Source of the DNA: an uncultured Gemmatimonadaceae bacterium
GTDB lineage: Bacteria > Gemmatimonadota > Gemmatimonadetes > Gemmatimonadales > Gemmatimonadaceae
DNA: 64,000 nucleotides
Direction of reading: 5' to 3'
Assembly (NCBI GenBank): GCA_963751275.1
Contig: CAVVTZ010000009.1
Span: 664,848-728,847, forward strand
The translations under genes were made by a program, and so were the position numbers. The notes beneath the pieces were generated by a model. That model was not told the origin of the DNA and did no database searches. It saw only the letters and a list, made by a program, of their open reading frames with translations. Of the stretch, positions 11,085-25,579 are shown one piece after another; position 1 is the stretch's first letter, and each line of letters opens with the position of its first letter.

Positions 11085-11164
11085 GGGAGAAAGATACGCG
11101 CGATGGGGCCGTCGTGAAGCGCTTGTAGTTGGTGTACTAGACGCTGCCTACCAGACGCGCCTCT

Positions 11165-11968
11165 TTAGCCCTTGGCCTCTTCGCTGATCACTTCCATGGC
11201 GACTGAAACCAACCGCTCCAGTTCCTCATCCGCATGCGTGGCGAGCAGCGTCTCCGCCCACATGTGATCCTCGGCGTTGGTGTACCGGTCGATCAGCCGC
11301 CGCACGAACGCGATCAGCGCGATCCGCTGCAGCTCGCCGCGCCGCGACGTCACCTGCGCTTCCTGCTCGTCGCGCACCGCGGCCTCGAACCGGTGCGCGT
11401 TCCGCAGCGCGTTCGCTGTGAGCGAGGCGATCACCTGGCAGAACCGCACGTCGCGGTCGTCGAACGGCGCGGCGTCGCGCTCGGTGCGCAGGAAGATCGC
11501 GCCGATCGTGGTCCCCCTCCACCGGATCGGCACCACGACGATGGAGCGGACGTTCCGCAGCGCGAGCATCATCTGCACGCCCTGGAACATCGGGTCGTTC
11601 GCGGCGTCGGGGATGAACACCGTCTCGCCGCTCGCGAACGCGCGCTTGAGCTCCGGATACCGGTCGAGGTCCACGATCAGGTTGCTGAGCGACGGGTCCT
11701 CGTACGTCGCCATGAGCCGCACATCCTGGCTCTCGCCGGCGAGGTAGATCGAGCAGCGGTCGAGGCCGAAGGTCTGGCCGAGCTTCTTGGCGATCGTCTG
11801 CAGGATGTCCACGAAATGCAGCGACGCGGAGATCTCGGTCAGGATGTCGACCACCGCCACGAGGTGCTCGCGCTCCCGCTCGAGTTCGGCGACGCGCGCG
11901 GCGAGCCGGGTGCGCTCGTCCACGGGCGGGGCGTCGAGACTCATGGGCGTGAGGCGGGCGTGGGTCAT
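11165..11968 (-). CDS. Stand-alone GAF domain protein
   Basis: N-terminal coiled coil, GAF pattern (DRCSIYL, RSIVVVPI, GAIFL, ANALRNA); no output domain. Confidence 0.8.
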   Translation of the reverse strand: MTHARLTPMSLDAPPVDERTRLAARVAELEREREHLVAVVDILTEISASLHFVDILQTIAKKLGQTFGLDRCSIYLAGESQDVRLMATYEDPSLSNLIVDLDRYPELKRAFASGETVFIPDAANDPMFQGVQMMLALRNVRSIVVVPIRWRGTTIGAIFLRTERDAAPFDDRDVRFCQVIASLTANALRNAHRFEAAVRDEQEAQVTSRRGELQRIALIAFVRRLIDRYTNAEDHMWAETLLATHADEELERLVSVAMEVISEEAKG

Positions 11969-12095
11969 GCGGTCCGGGAGTGGGTGTGGCGGAAAGCGAC
12001 GGCGCCGCCGCCGGTGCTGGGCACCGGCCGCGGCGGTCCATCGCCTCACCCTTGGGACGCGCCCGCCCCGGCGTTGGTCACGCCGGACGGGGGTC

Positions 12096-12872
12096 CTACT
12101 TGTTCAGCTTCGCGAGCAGCTCCTGCGCCTGCTTCTTGTAGAACGGATCGTTGTATTCGGTGGGCTTCAGGTCGATGGCCATCTGCAGCTGCTCCTTCGC
12201 CAGCGCCTTGTCGCCCTCGTGGTTCCGGTCCATGTAGATCCCGCCGAGATCCAGGTGGTGCACGACGCGCTCCGGATCGTACTTCACCGCCTTGTTCATG
12301 TAGAACACCGCGGAATCCCAGCTCGCCTGGTTGAACACGCCGGCGCCGAGGAACGTCTTCGCGAAGAAGCGGGTCATGCCGCTCAGGCGCATGATCTCCG
12401 CGTTCCAGCGGCCGAGGACGTGCAGCGACCCGGCGTTCATCGAGTCGAGCTTGAGCGACTCGAGCGCGTCGTTGCGGATCTCCTTCGCGTAGTGGACCCG
12501 TTCCTTGCTGCTCATGGTGAGCGACGTGCGGCCGAGTGCGCGCGCCAGCACGAACCAGCCATCGGTGCCGGCCGGATTCACTTGCGTGGCGCGCTTGGCG
12601 TACGCCTCGCCCTCCTCGTAGTACGCTTTCTGCTGCGCTTTCGAGGTGTCGAACTCGCCCAGCGACACCGCTTCCCGCGACGCCTTCCAGAGCGCCGCGT
12701 AGTCGTTGGAATCGATCGCGATCGCGGCCTTGTAATGGTGGTACGCGGCGGGCGCGTTCATCGCGGCGCTCGCGCTGTCGCCCTCGGCGACGTGCATGGC
12801 GGCGGTCTGCGCGCCGGCGGCGCTGGAGACGACGAGGAGCGCGGCCGCGGCCGCGAGGTGGCGCGTGAGCAT
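12096..12872 (-). CDS. Secreted TPR-like helical protein
   Basis: Signal peptide ending AGAQ; helical repeats. Confidence 0.7.
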   Translation of the reverse strand: MLTRHLAAAAALLVVSSAAGAQTAAMHVAEGDSASAAMNAPAAYHHYKAAIAIDSNDYAALWKASREAVSLGEFDTSKAQQKAYYEEGEAYAKRATQVNPAGTDGWFVLARALGRTSLTMSSKERVHYAKEIRNDALESLKLDSMNAGSLHVLGRWNAEIMRLSGMTRFFAKTFLGAGVFNQASWDSAVFYMNKAVKYDPERVVHHLDLGGIYMDRNHEGDKALAKEQLQMAIDLKPTEYNDPFYKKQAQELLAKLNK

Positions 12873-12972
12873 GGAATCTCCGACATTGGGGTTCGCGCCG
12901 CGGCCGCTCGAACGCCTCCGCGCGCGCGTCGTGATCAGGCATTCAAGCTAGGACTACCCCGGACCGCGGTCA

Positions 12973-14304
12973 ATGATCGTCACCCGTCTCATCGAGAAGA
13001 AGCGCGACGGCTCGCGACTCGACGACGCCGAGTGGCGCGCGTTCATCGCGGCGTACGCCGCCGGCAATGTGCCCGACTATCAGATGGCCGCGTTCCTCAT
13101 GGCCGCGTTCCTGCGCGGACTCGACGCGGGGGAGACCGCCGCGCTCACCGAGGCGATGCTCGACAGCGGCGCGCGCCTCGATCTCGCGCACCTGAAGGCG
13201 AAGCGCGTCGACAAGCATTCCACCGGCGGCGTGGGCGACAAGGTGTCGCTCGTGCTCGCCCCGCTCGTCGCGTCGCTCGGCGTGGCGGTGCCGATGATGT
13301 CCGGCCGCGGGCTCGGCCACACCGGCGGCACCCTCGACAAGCTCGAAGCGATCCCCGGATTCCGCACCGCGCTCACCCTCGCCGCCGCGCGCGCGCAGGT
13401 CGAGCGCATCGGCTGCGCGCTGCTCGGGCAGACCCGGGAGATCGCGCCGGCGGACCAGAAGATGTACGCGCTGCGCGACGCGACCTCCACCGTCGAGAGC
13501 ATCCCGCTCATCGCCGCGAGCATCATGAGCAAGAAGATGGCGGAGGGACTGAACGGCCTCGTGATCGACGTGAAGCGCGGATCGGGATCGTTCCTGCCCA
13601 CCCTCGAACAAGGCGCCGAGCTCGCGCGCGTGATGATCGCGCTCGGCGCGGCGCACGGCTGCGAGGTGGTCGCGCTGATGACCGCGATGGACCGGCCGCT
13701 GGGCCGCGCGTGCGGCACGGCGCTCGAGACCGAGGAGGCGATCCTCGCGCTGCGCGGCGAGGGACCGCCCGATCTCATGGAAGTGACCTACGCGCTGGGC
13801 GCCGAGATGCTCATCCTGGGCGGCGTGGCCGCGAACGCCGATCAGGCGCGCCGGCAGATGGAGGTCGCGATCTCGAACGGGAAGGCGGCGGAGAAATTCC
13901 AGGCGATCATCGAGGCGCAGGACGGCAACCCGGCGGTGGTCGATGATCCCGCGTTGCTGCCGCAGGCCGAGGCGTGCGAACTGTTCGAGGCACCGCGCCG
14001 CGGATTCGTGGCGCGCGTCGAACCGCGCGCGGTTGGGCGCGGCATCGTCGCGCTCGGCGGCGGGCGCCTGAAGATGGAAGACGAAGTGGATCCGGCGGTC
14101 GGCTTCGTGATCAGCGCGAAGCCCGGCGACTGGGTGGAAGCGGGCGAGCCGCTCGCGACGATCTTCGCGAAGGACGCGGCCGGCGTGACGGCGGGACGCG
14201 CGGCGCTCACGGAGGCGATCGTGATCGCGGATGAGGCGGAACCGCCGCTGGCGCTCATTTCACACCGGGTCACGAGCGCGGGGGTCACGCCGTACGAGCG
14301 CTGA
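12973..14304 (+). CDS. pdp: Thymidine / pyrimidine-nucleoside phosphorylase
   Basis: DKHSTGGVGDK, SGRGLGHTGGTLDKLE, SIMSKK. Confidence 0.95.
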   Translation: MIVTRLIEKKRDGSRLDDAEWRAFIAAYAAGNVPDYQMAAFLMAAFLRGLDAGETAALTEAMLDSGARLDLAHLKAKRVDKHSTGGVGDKVSLVLAPLVASLGVAVPMMSGRGLGHTGGTLDKLEAIPGFRTALTLAAARAQVERIGCALLGQTREIAPADQKMYALRDATSTVESIPLIAASIMSKKMAEGLNGLVIDVKRGSGSFLPTLEQGAELARVMIALGAAHGCEVVALMTAMDRPLGRACGTALETEEAILALRGEGPPDLMEVTYALGAEMLILGGVAANADQARRQMEVAISNGKAAEKFQAIIEAQDGNPAVVDDPALLPQAEACELFEAPRRGFVARVEPRAVGRGIVALGGGRLKMEDEVDPAVGFVISAKPGDWVEAGEPLATIFAKDAAGVTAGRAALTEAIVIADEAEPPLALISHRVTSAGVTPYER

Positions 14305-14320
14305 GATTCGAACCGCGATA

Positions 14321-14492
14321 GTGGCACCCCGAACTCCGTTCTTGGTCCCCCGAACTCCGCACTTGGCAATTGAGGTGTGGTAAGTGCTTCTGCGTCCTTG
14401 GCATCGCATTCCAATCGCGCCCGAGCCGTGGCCACACGTCAATCGCCACACTGCGGAGTTCGGGGGACCAAGAACGGAGTTCGGGGTGCCAC
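14321..14492. repeat. Long hairpin repeat element, family A copy 1
   Basis: Perfect 41-bp inverted repeat 14321-14361 / 14452-14492; homologous to 56731-56920. Confidence 0.9.
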
Positions 14493-14502
14493 CAACGCGG
14501 TA

Positions 14503-15960
14503 TTAGGCCGTGGCAGGCCCAATGTCCACGCGGATCCCTCTCCACTTTCCCTGCCGAAAGCGGATCATGCTCAGCGCGCAGCGCGTGGCGTGCCCCGTGA
14601 GGATGGCCAGCCAGATGTTGATCGGTTGCAGCGTGCCCGTGTGCTTGATCACGAAGCAGATGCCGAGCGGCACCACCACCTGGGAGACGATGGAGATATA
14701 GAGGGGGCTCTTGGTGTCGCCGGTGCCCTGCAGGCCGCCGGTGTACGTGAGCGCCACCGCGATGAACAATCCGGAGACGCTGAGCACCTTCAGCAGCTGC
14801 GTGCCGATCGCGACGACCTCGGGCGAGTTGAGCCCGAAGATCGCGAGCAGCTGCGCGGGGAAGAAGAAGAAGAACAGCCCCACGAACGACGCGCCGGCGA
14901 ACGCGATGCGCGCCGCGACGTGCACGGCGTGGTCCGCGCGGTCGGGCTTGCCCGCGCCCAGGTTCTGTCCGGCCACCGCGGCCGCGGCGCCCATGAGCCC
15001 CACCGACGTCCACGTCACGAGCGAGAAGAGCTCCGAATATGAGACGGCGAACGCCGCCTGCGCCGCGGCGCTCTGCGCGAGCGAGCCGATGAACGAGAGC
15101 ATGAACACGCCGCCGATGTTCATCGCGATCCCCTGGATCCCGGTGGGCAGGCCGAAGCGGAAGAGCGAGCGGATGATCGCCCAGTCGGGCGCGAAGCCGC
15201 TGTGCTTCGGGAAACGCACGACCCAGCCGCCGGTCCACAGCTTGTAGAGCGCGTAGATGGCGATGACGCCCGACGACGTGCACGTGCCCATCGCCGCGCC
15301 GGCGGTGCCGAACGCGGGGATCGGGCCGAGCCCGCGAATGAGGATCACGTTGAGCCCGATGTTCAGCGCGGTCATCACGATGCCGAGCACCATGGGCGTG
15401 CGCGCGTCGCCGGCGGAACGCAGCGCGACGCCGAGCATGAAGAAGATCAGCATGCCCGTGCTGAAGGAGAACATGATGCGCAGGAAGGGCAGGGCCTGCG
15501 CCTTCACCGCGGGCGCGGCGTTCACGAGGTCCAGCAGCCACGGCGATGCGAGATAGCCGACGGGCGCCATGATGAGCAGGGAGATCATCACCGCCGTGAG
15601 GAACGCCTGGTAGACCGTGCGGTCCACCTTGTCGACGTGGCCCGCGCCGGCGAAGCGCGAGACGAGCACGCTCATCCCGGTGAAGAGCGATGAGATGAAC
15701 ACGATCACGACGAGGAAGATCTGCCACGAGACGCCGATCGCGGCATTGCCGGTGAAGCCCACGTAGTGGCCCACCATGATGTGATCGATGATCCCTTGCA
15801 GGCCGCCGATGATGTTCTGGATCATCGTGGGCCACGCGATCTTCCAGACCGCGGGCACGAGCGGGCCCTCGACGATGGAGCGGTCGTACTTCCGCGCCGC
15901 GGGAGCGGCGGGCGGCGCCTCCGTCACATCGAGGTCGGCGGCGGGTGTCGGATCGGCCAT
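14503..15960 (-). CDS. MATE-family efflux transporter
   Basis: About 12 TM; RSAGDARTPM, GQNLGAG, QGTGDTKSP motifs. Confidence 0.93.
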   Translation of the reverse strand: MADPTPAADLDVTEAPPAAPAARKYDRSIVEGPLVPAVWKIAWPTMIQNIIGGLQGIIDHIMVGHYVGFTGNAAIGVSWQIFLVVIVFISSLFTGMSVLVSRFAGAGHVDKVDRTVYQAFLTAVMISLLIMAPVGYLASPWLLDLVNAAPAVKAQALPFLRIMFSFSTGMLIFFMLGVALRSAGDARTPMVLGIVMTALNIGLNVILIRGLGPIPAFGTAGAAMGTCTSSGVIAIYALYKLWTGGWVVRFPKHSGFAPDWAIIRSLFRFGLPTGIQGIAMNIGGVFMLSFIGSLAQSAAAQAAFAVSYSELFSLVTWTSVGLMGAAAAVAGQNLGAGKPDRADHAVHVAARIAFAGASFVGLFFFFFPAQLLAIFGLNSPEVVAIGTQLLKVLSVSGLFIAVALTYTGGLQGTGDTKSPLYISIVSQVVVPLGICFVIKHTGTLQPINIWLAILTGHATRCALSMIRFRQGKWRGIRVDIGPATA

Positions 15961-16001
15961 TCGGTCAGTGTAAGGGGGAGGTCACGTGGCCACAACAACA
16001 G

Positions 16002-16068
16002 GGGAAACGGGAAACGGGAAACGGGACAGCCTCGGAATGGAGGGCCCGTTTCCCGTTTCCCGTTTCCC
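16002..16068. repeat. Heptamer (GGGAAAC)x3 inverted-repeat hairpin downstream of gyrB
   Basis: Perfect 24-bp stem 16002-16025 / 16045-16068. Confidence 0.85.
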
Positions 16069-16084
16069 TGGTTGCCGTTCGGTT

Positions 16085-18021
<1,937 letters not shown>

Positions 18022-18092
18022 TTCACCCTTGATTCAGCGGGATGGGACTACCCGATGACAGACCGAAGCCCGGCCGCCCGGGCAACCTCTAT

Positions 18093-18120
18093 AATCTAAC
18101 CTGAAATCCTAGCACTTCAA
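18093..18120 (-). promoter_or_regulatory. Putative sigma70 promoter for gyrB
   Basis: TTGAAG-N16-TAGATT in an AT-richer patch upstream of gyrB. Confidence 0.4.
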
Positions 18121-18124
18121 CGGT

Positions 18125-20381
<2,257 letters not shown>

Positions 20382-20482
20382 GCGCAGCGCTCGGGCCGAA
20401 GGAGGGATCGTCGCGGGCCGGCCGGAAATCTAACCGCCGCGGCGCGCTCCCGCCTCGCGCGGCGGCGCGGTACGTTACGGTC

Positions 20483-21976
20483 ATGACGCCCACGGGCCAG
20501 GTGCTCACGATCGATGAAGGCACGACCGGGTGCACCGCGCTCATGGTGGCCGCCGATGGCCGCGTCACGGGGCGCGGCTACCGCGAGATCGCGCAATTCT
20601 ATCCGCAGCCCGGCTGGGTGGAGCACGACGCGGCCGACATCCTCGACCGCACGCTCGAGGCGGCGCGCGACGCGGTGGCGCAGGCCGGTGCGGCGCCGGC
20701 GGCGATCGGGATCACCAACCAGCGCGAGACGGTGGTGCTCTGGGAGCGGAGCACCGGCAAGCCGGTCGCGCGCGCCATCGTCTGGCAGGACCGGCGCACC
20801 GCGGCGCGCTGCGCCGAGCTCGCGCCGCGCGCGGAGGAGATCGCGCGCCGCACCGGGCTCGTGCTCGACCCGTATTTCTCCGCCACGAAACTCGAGTGGC
20901 TGCTCGCGCGCGGCGATCTCGCCGCGCGCGCCGCCCGCGGCGAGCTCGCGTTCGGCACCATCGATGCGTGGCTCATCTGGCAGCTCACCGGCGGACGCGT
21001 GCACGCCACCGATTTCACCAATGCGTCGCGCACGATGCTGTTCGACATCGAGCGGCGCACGTGGAGCGCCGAGTTGTGCGAGCTGTTCGGCGTGGATGCG
21101 TCCTTGCTGCCGGATGTCCGGGCGTCGGCGGGCGATTTCGGCGCCGCGCGCGGCGAACTGTTCGGCCTCGGCGGCACGATCCCGATCCGCGGTGTCGCGG
21201 GCGACCAGCAGGCGGCGCTCTTCGGGCAGGGCTGCTGGCGCGCCGGCGAAGGGAAGAACACGTACGGCACCGGCGCGTTCCTGCTGATGAACGCGGGCGC
21301 GCGGCGCCCCGCCGGCGGCGCGGGATTGCTCACGACGCTCGCGTGCGATGCGGCCGGCGCGCCCGTCTTCGCGCTCGAAGGCTCGATCTTCATCGCCGGC
21401 GCCGCCGTCCAATGGCTGCGCGATGGACTCGGCCTCGTCGGAGACGCGCGCGAGACCGAGGCGCTCGCGCGGTCGCTCGCGTCGAACGACGGCGTGTATT
21501 TCGTCCCGGCGCTCACGGGGCTCGGCGCGCCGCACTGGGATGCCGCGGCGCGCGGCACGATCGTGGGCCTCACGCGCGGCACCACGCGCGCGCACTTCGC
21601 CCGCGCCGCGCTCGAGGCGATGGCCTTCGGCACCGCCGAGGTGCTCGGCGTCATGCGCGAACGCAGCGGCGCGCCGTTCGACGTGCTGCGCGTGGATGGC
21701 GGCGCGAGCGCGAACGGCTGGCTGATGCAGTTCCAGGCGGATGTGCTCGGCGTGCCGGTGGAACGTCCGCTGCTCGTGGAATCCACCGCGCTCGGCGCCG
21801 CCGGCCTCGCGGGGACGGCGGCCGGCGTCTGGCCGCACGCCGAGGCGTTCCTCGCGACGCGCCGCTTCGACCGCTTCGTGCCGGGTGCGGGGTCGCAGGC
21901 CGCGCAGGATGCGGTGGCGGGATGGGATCGCGCCGTGCGCGCGGCCCTCACGTGGGCGCGGGACGGCGCTTCGTGA
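20483..21976 (+). CDS. glpK: Glycerol kinase
   Basis: IDEGTTG, GITNQRET, DPYFSATK, GDQQAAL, KNTYGTG. Confidence 0.96.
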   Translation: MTPTGQVLTIDEGTTGCTALMVAADGRVTGRGYREIAQFYPQPGWVEHDAADILDRTLEAARDAVAQAGAAPAAIGITNQRETVVLWERSTGKPVARAIVWQDRRTAARCAELAPRAEEIARRTGLVLDPYFSATKLEWLLARGDLAARAARGELAFGTIDAWLIWQLTGGRVHATDFTNASRTMLFDIERRTWSAELCELFGVDASLLPDVRASAGDFGAARGELFGLGGTIPIRGVAGDQQAALFGQGCWRAGEGKNTYGTGAFLLMNAGARRPAGGAGLLTTLACDAAGAPVFALEGSIFIAGAAVQWLRDGLGLVGDARETEALARSLASNDGVYFVPALTGLGAPHWDAAARGTIVGLTRGTTRAHFARAALEAMAFGTAEVLGVMRERSGAPFDVLRVDGGASANGWLMQFQADVLGVPVERPLLVESTALGAAGLAGTAAGVWPHAEAFLATRRFDRFVPGAGSQAAQDAVAGWDRAVRAALTWARDGAS

Positions 21977-22085
21977 CCCCGCTGCGGGCGCCCTCGTCGT
22001 TCTGCGGTGCCTCGCGCTGCCTCTCCGGCAGGCAGGGTGCCGGCCGGCCCGACCGCCGGCCACTCGAACCGGGAACGCACTCCGC

Positions 22086-22334
22086 ATGGCTGACACCACG
22101 AGAAAGGCTGCTGCGTCGAAGACCGAGCCGACCACCGACCGGCGCATCGCCGCAGACCGCCGTTCCAATGAGGTCCTTCGCACGTTGGTCGGCGAGATGC
22201 TCGAGCGCGTTCGCGATCTCAGCCGGCGCACCGCGGCATGGAGTCCGGAGGAGCGCGCGCAGGCCGAAGCCGAGCTCGAAGCGATCATGGCGAGCGTGCG
22301 TCGCGAAGCGACCAGCTCGCGCGATCACCAGTAG
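22086..22334 (+). CDS. Small helical hypothetical protein (82 aa)
   Basis: ATG 22086, coding-like composition, fits the gap between genes. Confidence 0.6.
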   Translation: MADTTRKAAASKTEPTTDRRIAADRRSNEVLRTLVGEMLERVRDLSRRTAAWSPEERAQAEAELEAIMASVRREATSSRDHQ

Positions 22335-22361
22335 TCCGATCGTTCGGACGGACGGCCTCCG

Positions 22362-23579
22362 ATGACGGCGGCCGGTGAACTCGCGCTGTGGGCGGCGCTG
22401 CTGATCGCGGCGTGGGGAGCGGCCGCCGGCTCGCCGCTGTTCGCCGCGGGGTCGCGGCCGCACGGCGGCGCATTCTCCGAGAGCGCGCGCCGCGCGCTCT
22501 GGGCCGCGGCGCTCCTCCTCGCCGTGGCGGTGGCGGGCGTCGCCGCGATGCTCCTCGCGCCGGATCCCACCTTCTCGTTCGCGCTCTCGTCAGTGAGCGC
22601 GCGCATGCCGCCGGCGTACCGCCTCGCGGCGATGATGATGCGGCTGCGCGGCGAACTGTTGCTGGTCGCGTTCGGCACGGCGTTCCTTGGCGCCATCGCA
22701 TCGCGGCGCGCGGCCGCACCGCTCCAGGCGATCCTCTGCGGCGTCGTGCTGGTGCTCGCGGGGCTGCCGGTGATCGCCGGTGCGAGTCCGTACGCGCGCG
22801 CCGGCGACGTGCCGTCGCTCGCCGCGGGGATCGCGCCCGTGTGGCAGGCGCATTTCCCGCCGCTCGCGCGCTTCGCGCTGCTGGCGGTCGCGTCGCTGGT
22901 GATCGTCGCTGCGGCCGTCACCGCGAGCCGCCGGCGCGCGCGGAACTGGTGGCTCGCCGCGTGGGGGATCGGCGCGCTCGCGCTCGTGCTCTCCCTGCGC
23001 GCGTCGCTCACCGGCAAGCCGTGGAACTGGTTGGACTGGGCGATCGCGGGCGCCTGGCTCGTGCTCGGCGTATGGCTGCACGTGCGCCGCGGGCGCGCGA
23101 CGCTCTCCGCGTATCTCGTGCGCGCGGGTGCGGTCATCGCGCTCGCGGCGCTCGCGGGGGCGATGATGCGCGCGGACCACCGCGTCGTACTCGTGGCGGC
23201 GGACAGCGCGGCATTGAAGGATCCGCTCGGCGCCGAATGGCGATTCACGAGCGAGGGCCTGTCGCTCTACGATGAGCGCAACCGCCAGGCGGCGGTGGTG
23301 CTCGTGACCGCGCGCCAGGGTGCGCGGGTGCGCCGCGAGCGCGTGGAGTACCGTCAGTACATTGATGACAATGACGCGCCGCTCGGCGGCGAGGTGCGGG
23401 TGGCCGGCTTCTTCCCCGGCGCGGTCACCTCCACCGTCATCGCGTTCGCCGAGGAGCCGGCGAAGGATCGCGTCACGCTGCTCGTGCGCTTCGTGCCGCT
23501 ATTCGCGTGGTGGTGGGCCGCCGCTCTCCTGATGGTGGCGGGCGCCGCCGCCGGCATCCGTCCGGAGGGATCCGCGTGA
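22362..23579 (+). CDS. Divergent CcmF-like membrane protein
   Basis: CcmF-like N-terminus, HFPP, eroded WWD-like KPWNWLDW, C-terminal beta domain plus TM. Confidence 0.5.
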   Translation: MTAAGELALWAALLIAAWGAAAGSPLFAAGSRPHGGAFSESARRALWAAALLLAVAVAGVAAMLLAPDPTFSFALSSVSARMPPAYRLAAMMMRLRGELLLVAFGTAFLGAIASRRAAAPLQAILCGVVLVLAGLPVIAGASPYARAGDVPSLAAGIAPVWQAHFPPLARFALLAVASLVIVAAAVTASRRRARNWWLAAWGIGALALVLSLRASLTGKPWNWLDWAIAGAWLVLGVWLHVRRGRATLSAYLVRAGAVIALAALAGAMMRADHRVVLVAADSAALKDPLGAEWRFTSEGLSLYDERNRQAAVVLVTARQGARVRRERVEYRQYIDDNDAPLGGEVRVAGFFPGAVTSTVIAFAEEPAKDRVTLLVRFVPLFAWWWAAALLMVAGAAAGIRPEGSA

Positions 23580-23764
23580 CCGGGATCCTGGCGGGCTGCG
23601 CGATCGCGCTTGGCGCGACGTTCTGGGTGCTGCGCCCGGTGTTCGCGCGCGCGCCGCGCGCCGTGCCGCGCGCTCTGCCGCGCGCGTGCCCCGCGTGCGG
23701 CGAGCCTCCCGCGGAGCTGGATGCGGTCTACTGCTCGAATTGTGGAGCGGCGCTGCCGCGTTAG
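23576..23764 (+). CDS. Small TM + zinc-ribbon protein
   Basis: GTG overlaps the upstream stop; TM helix then CPAC...CSNC. Confidence 0.65.
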   Translation: MTGILAGCAIALGATFWVLRPVFARAPRAVPRALPRACPACGEPPAELDAVYCSNCGAALPR

Positions 23765-25579
23765 AGCTCGGTGGTGTCGAGCCGGCGCAGCGCGACGGTG
23801 AGCGGCACGAACGTCGCGATCAGACAGATCAGCGCCGCGAAGCCGAACCCCCAGTACATCGACCCCGTGTCGAGCGGCAGGTTCAGCGCCTTCGCGCGCA
23901 GATAGCCGAGCACCGGCCGCGCTTCGAGCACCACGACGCTCGTGACGAGCAGCAGCGACACGATCATGAACACCAGGCCGCCGAACGACGTGGGGATCTG
24001 CGCGGCATTCTCCGTCTCGTACTGCGGGAAGACCGTGCCGAGCCCGAGCGCCAGGCCGGCGACCGCGAACGTGAGCAGCGTGATCGAGAAGATGGAGACC
24101 ACGAAGATGAACTCGGTCACCTGCAGCAGCACGTCGGTGACGCCGACGATGGCGAGCGCGATGATCAGCAGCGGGAGCGTGCCGGTCCAGAACTTGGCCC
24201 AGAGCAGCTGGCGGATCTGCAGCGGACTGGACTTGAGCAGCCAGAGCGTGCGTCCCTCCATGCTCACGGCCGGGAAGATGAAGCGCGCCGCGATCGACGC
24301 GAGCACGAATCCCGCCAGGCCGAGGTTGCCCCACGGGATCACGTTCACGATGAGCAGCGTCATCCCGTTCCCGGAGAGCGGGAGCAGCTTGACATTGATC
24401 ACGTAGACGACCACGAGCACGGCGATCAGGATCAGCTGCGACCACTGCGTGGGGTCGCGGAAGAAGACGCGGATCTCCTTGAGCACGAGCTCGCGGCGTA
24501 GCGGGCCGAGCGGGTCGAGCAGGCGCTGCATCGCGCTGCGCAGCCGGCTGCCGCGCACCCAGCGCTGGGCGCTCTCCTGCGCCTTGGAGAACCCCTCGGG
24601 ATACATCCGCCAGTGCACGATCGCGCCGAACACGAGCGCGGCGGCGGCGGTGCTCCACAGCAGGTAGAAGGGCAGCGGATCGAAGCCGCCGTCGAGCCAC
24701 GTCATGATGCCGCGCGCGCCCCACTCGCTCGGCAGATACGGCGACGACGGCGTGCGCAGCAGCGCGATGAAGTCCACCAGCGAGCGCACGCCTTCCGGGC
24801 GCGCGAGCAGTTCCGGGCGCATCAGCCGGAACAGGAGCACCACGCCCGCCGCGGACAGCACCGCCACCACGCTCAGGATGTCGCGCGTGCTGCGGGCCGG
24901 GAACGCGTTCACGAGCAGGTTCGTGGTGGCCGCGCCGATCACGGCGGGGATGATCACGAACGGGATCCACACGGCGAGCGCGACGAGCACGAAGCCCCAG
25001 CCGGCGTGGTACACGTAGCCGTACGCGCCGAAGATCGGGATCGCCATGCCGGTGACCATCCAGCTCGAATGGCCCATGCTCTCGGTGAGCTTCGCCGAGT
25101 AGAGCGTGAGCCAGTCCACGGGCGCGCGAGACGAGCAGGTCGAGATCGCGCGCGAGGAAGAACGTCGAGAGCGATGTGATGACGTTCGACAGCAGGAGGA
25201 TCATGAAGAAGCTGATGAACGCGAGGCTCAGCCCCTTGCCCGCGATCAGCGAGCCGATCTCCGGCGTGTTCTTGAGCGCGAACAGCACCTTCACGCCGAG
25301 GAACAGCACGAAGATCCAGAAGAGGAAGCCGATCGCCGCCACGATCGTCCAGCGCCAGCCGTGCGCCGCCTCGCCGCGCAGCATGCGGGCGCGCACGGTC
25401 TGCACCTTGGGCCGCATCACCTGCGCGTAGCTCGGATGCGGCACGAGGGTGTCGCCGCTCTCGAGCAGCACCGGCTGGCCGAGCGCCTTCTGCACCGCGA
25501 GCCGCGTCGTACTGCGGCGCGGCGCGGCGATCTCCCGCTCGCTCGCGGTCTCGCGCGGGCGGAACGGTTCGTCAGGCAT
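23761..25579 (-). CDS. Putative ABC exporter permease (indel near 25125)
   Basis: Multi-TM; KEIRVFFRD, SMEGRTLWLLKSSP; overlaps the ATPase gene. Confidence 0.85.

Noticed and set aside
14370..14435. Coding remnant in the family A loops (TARA...AKDA on the minus strand in both copies)
   Set aside because: The similarity follows from nucleotide conservation; no convincing start, RBS or recognisable domain
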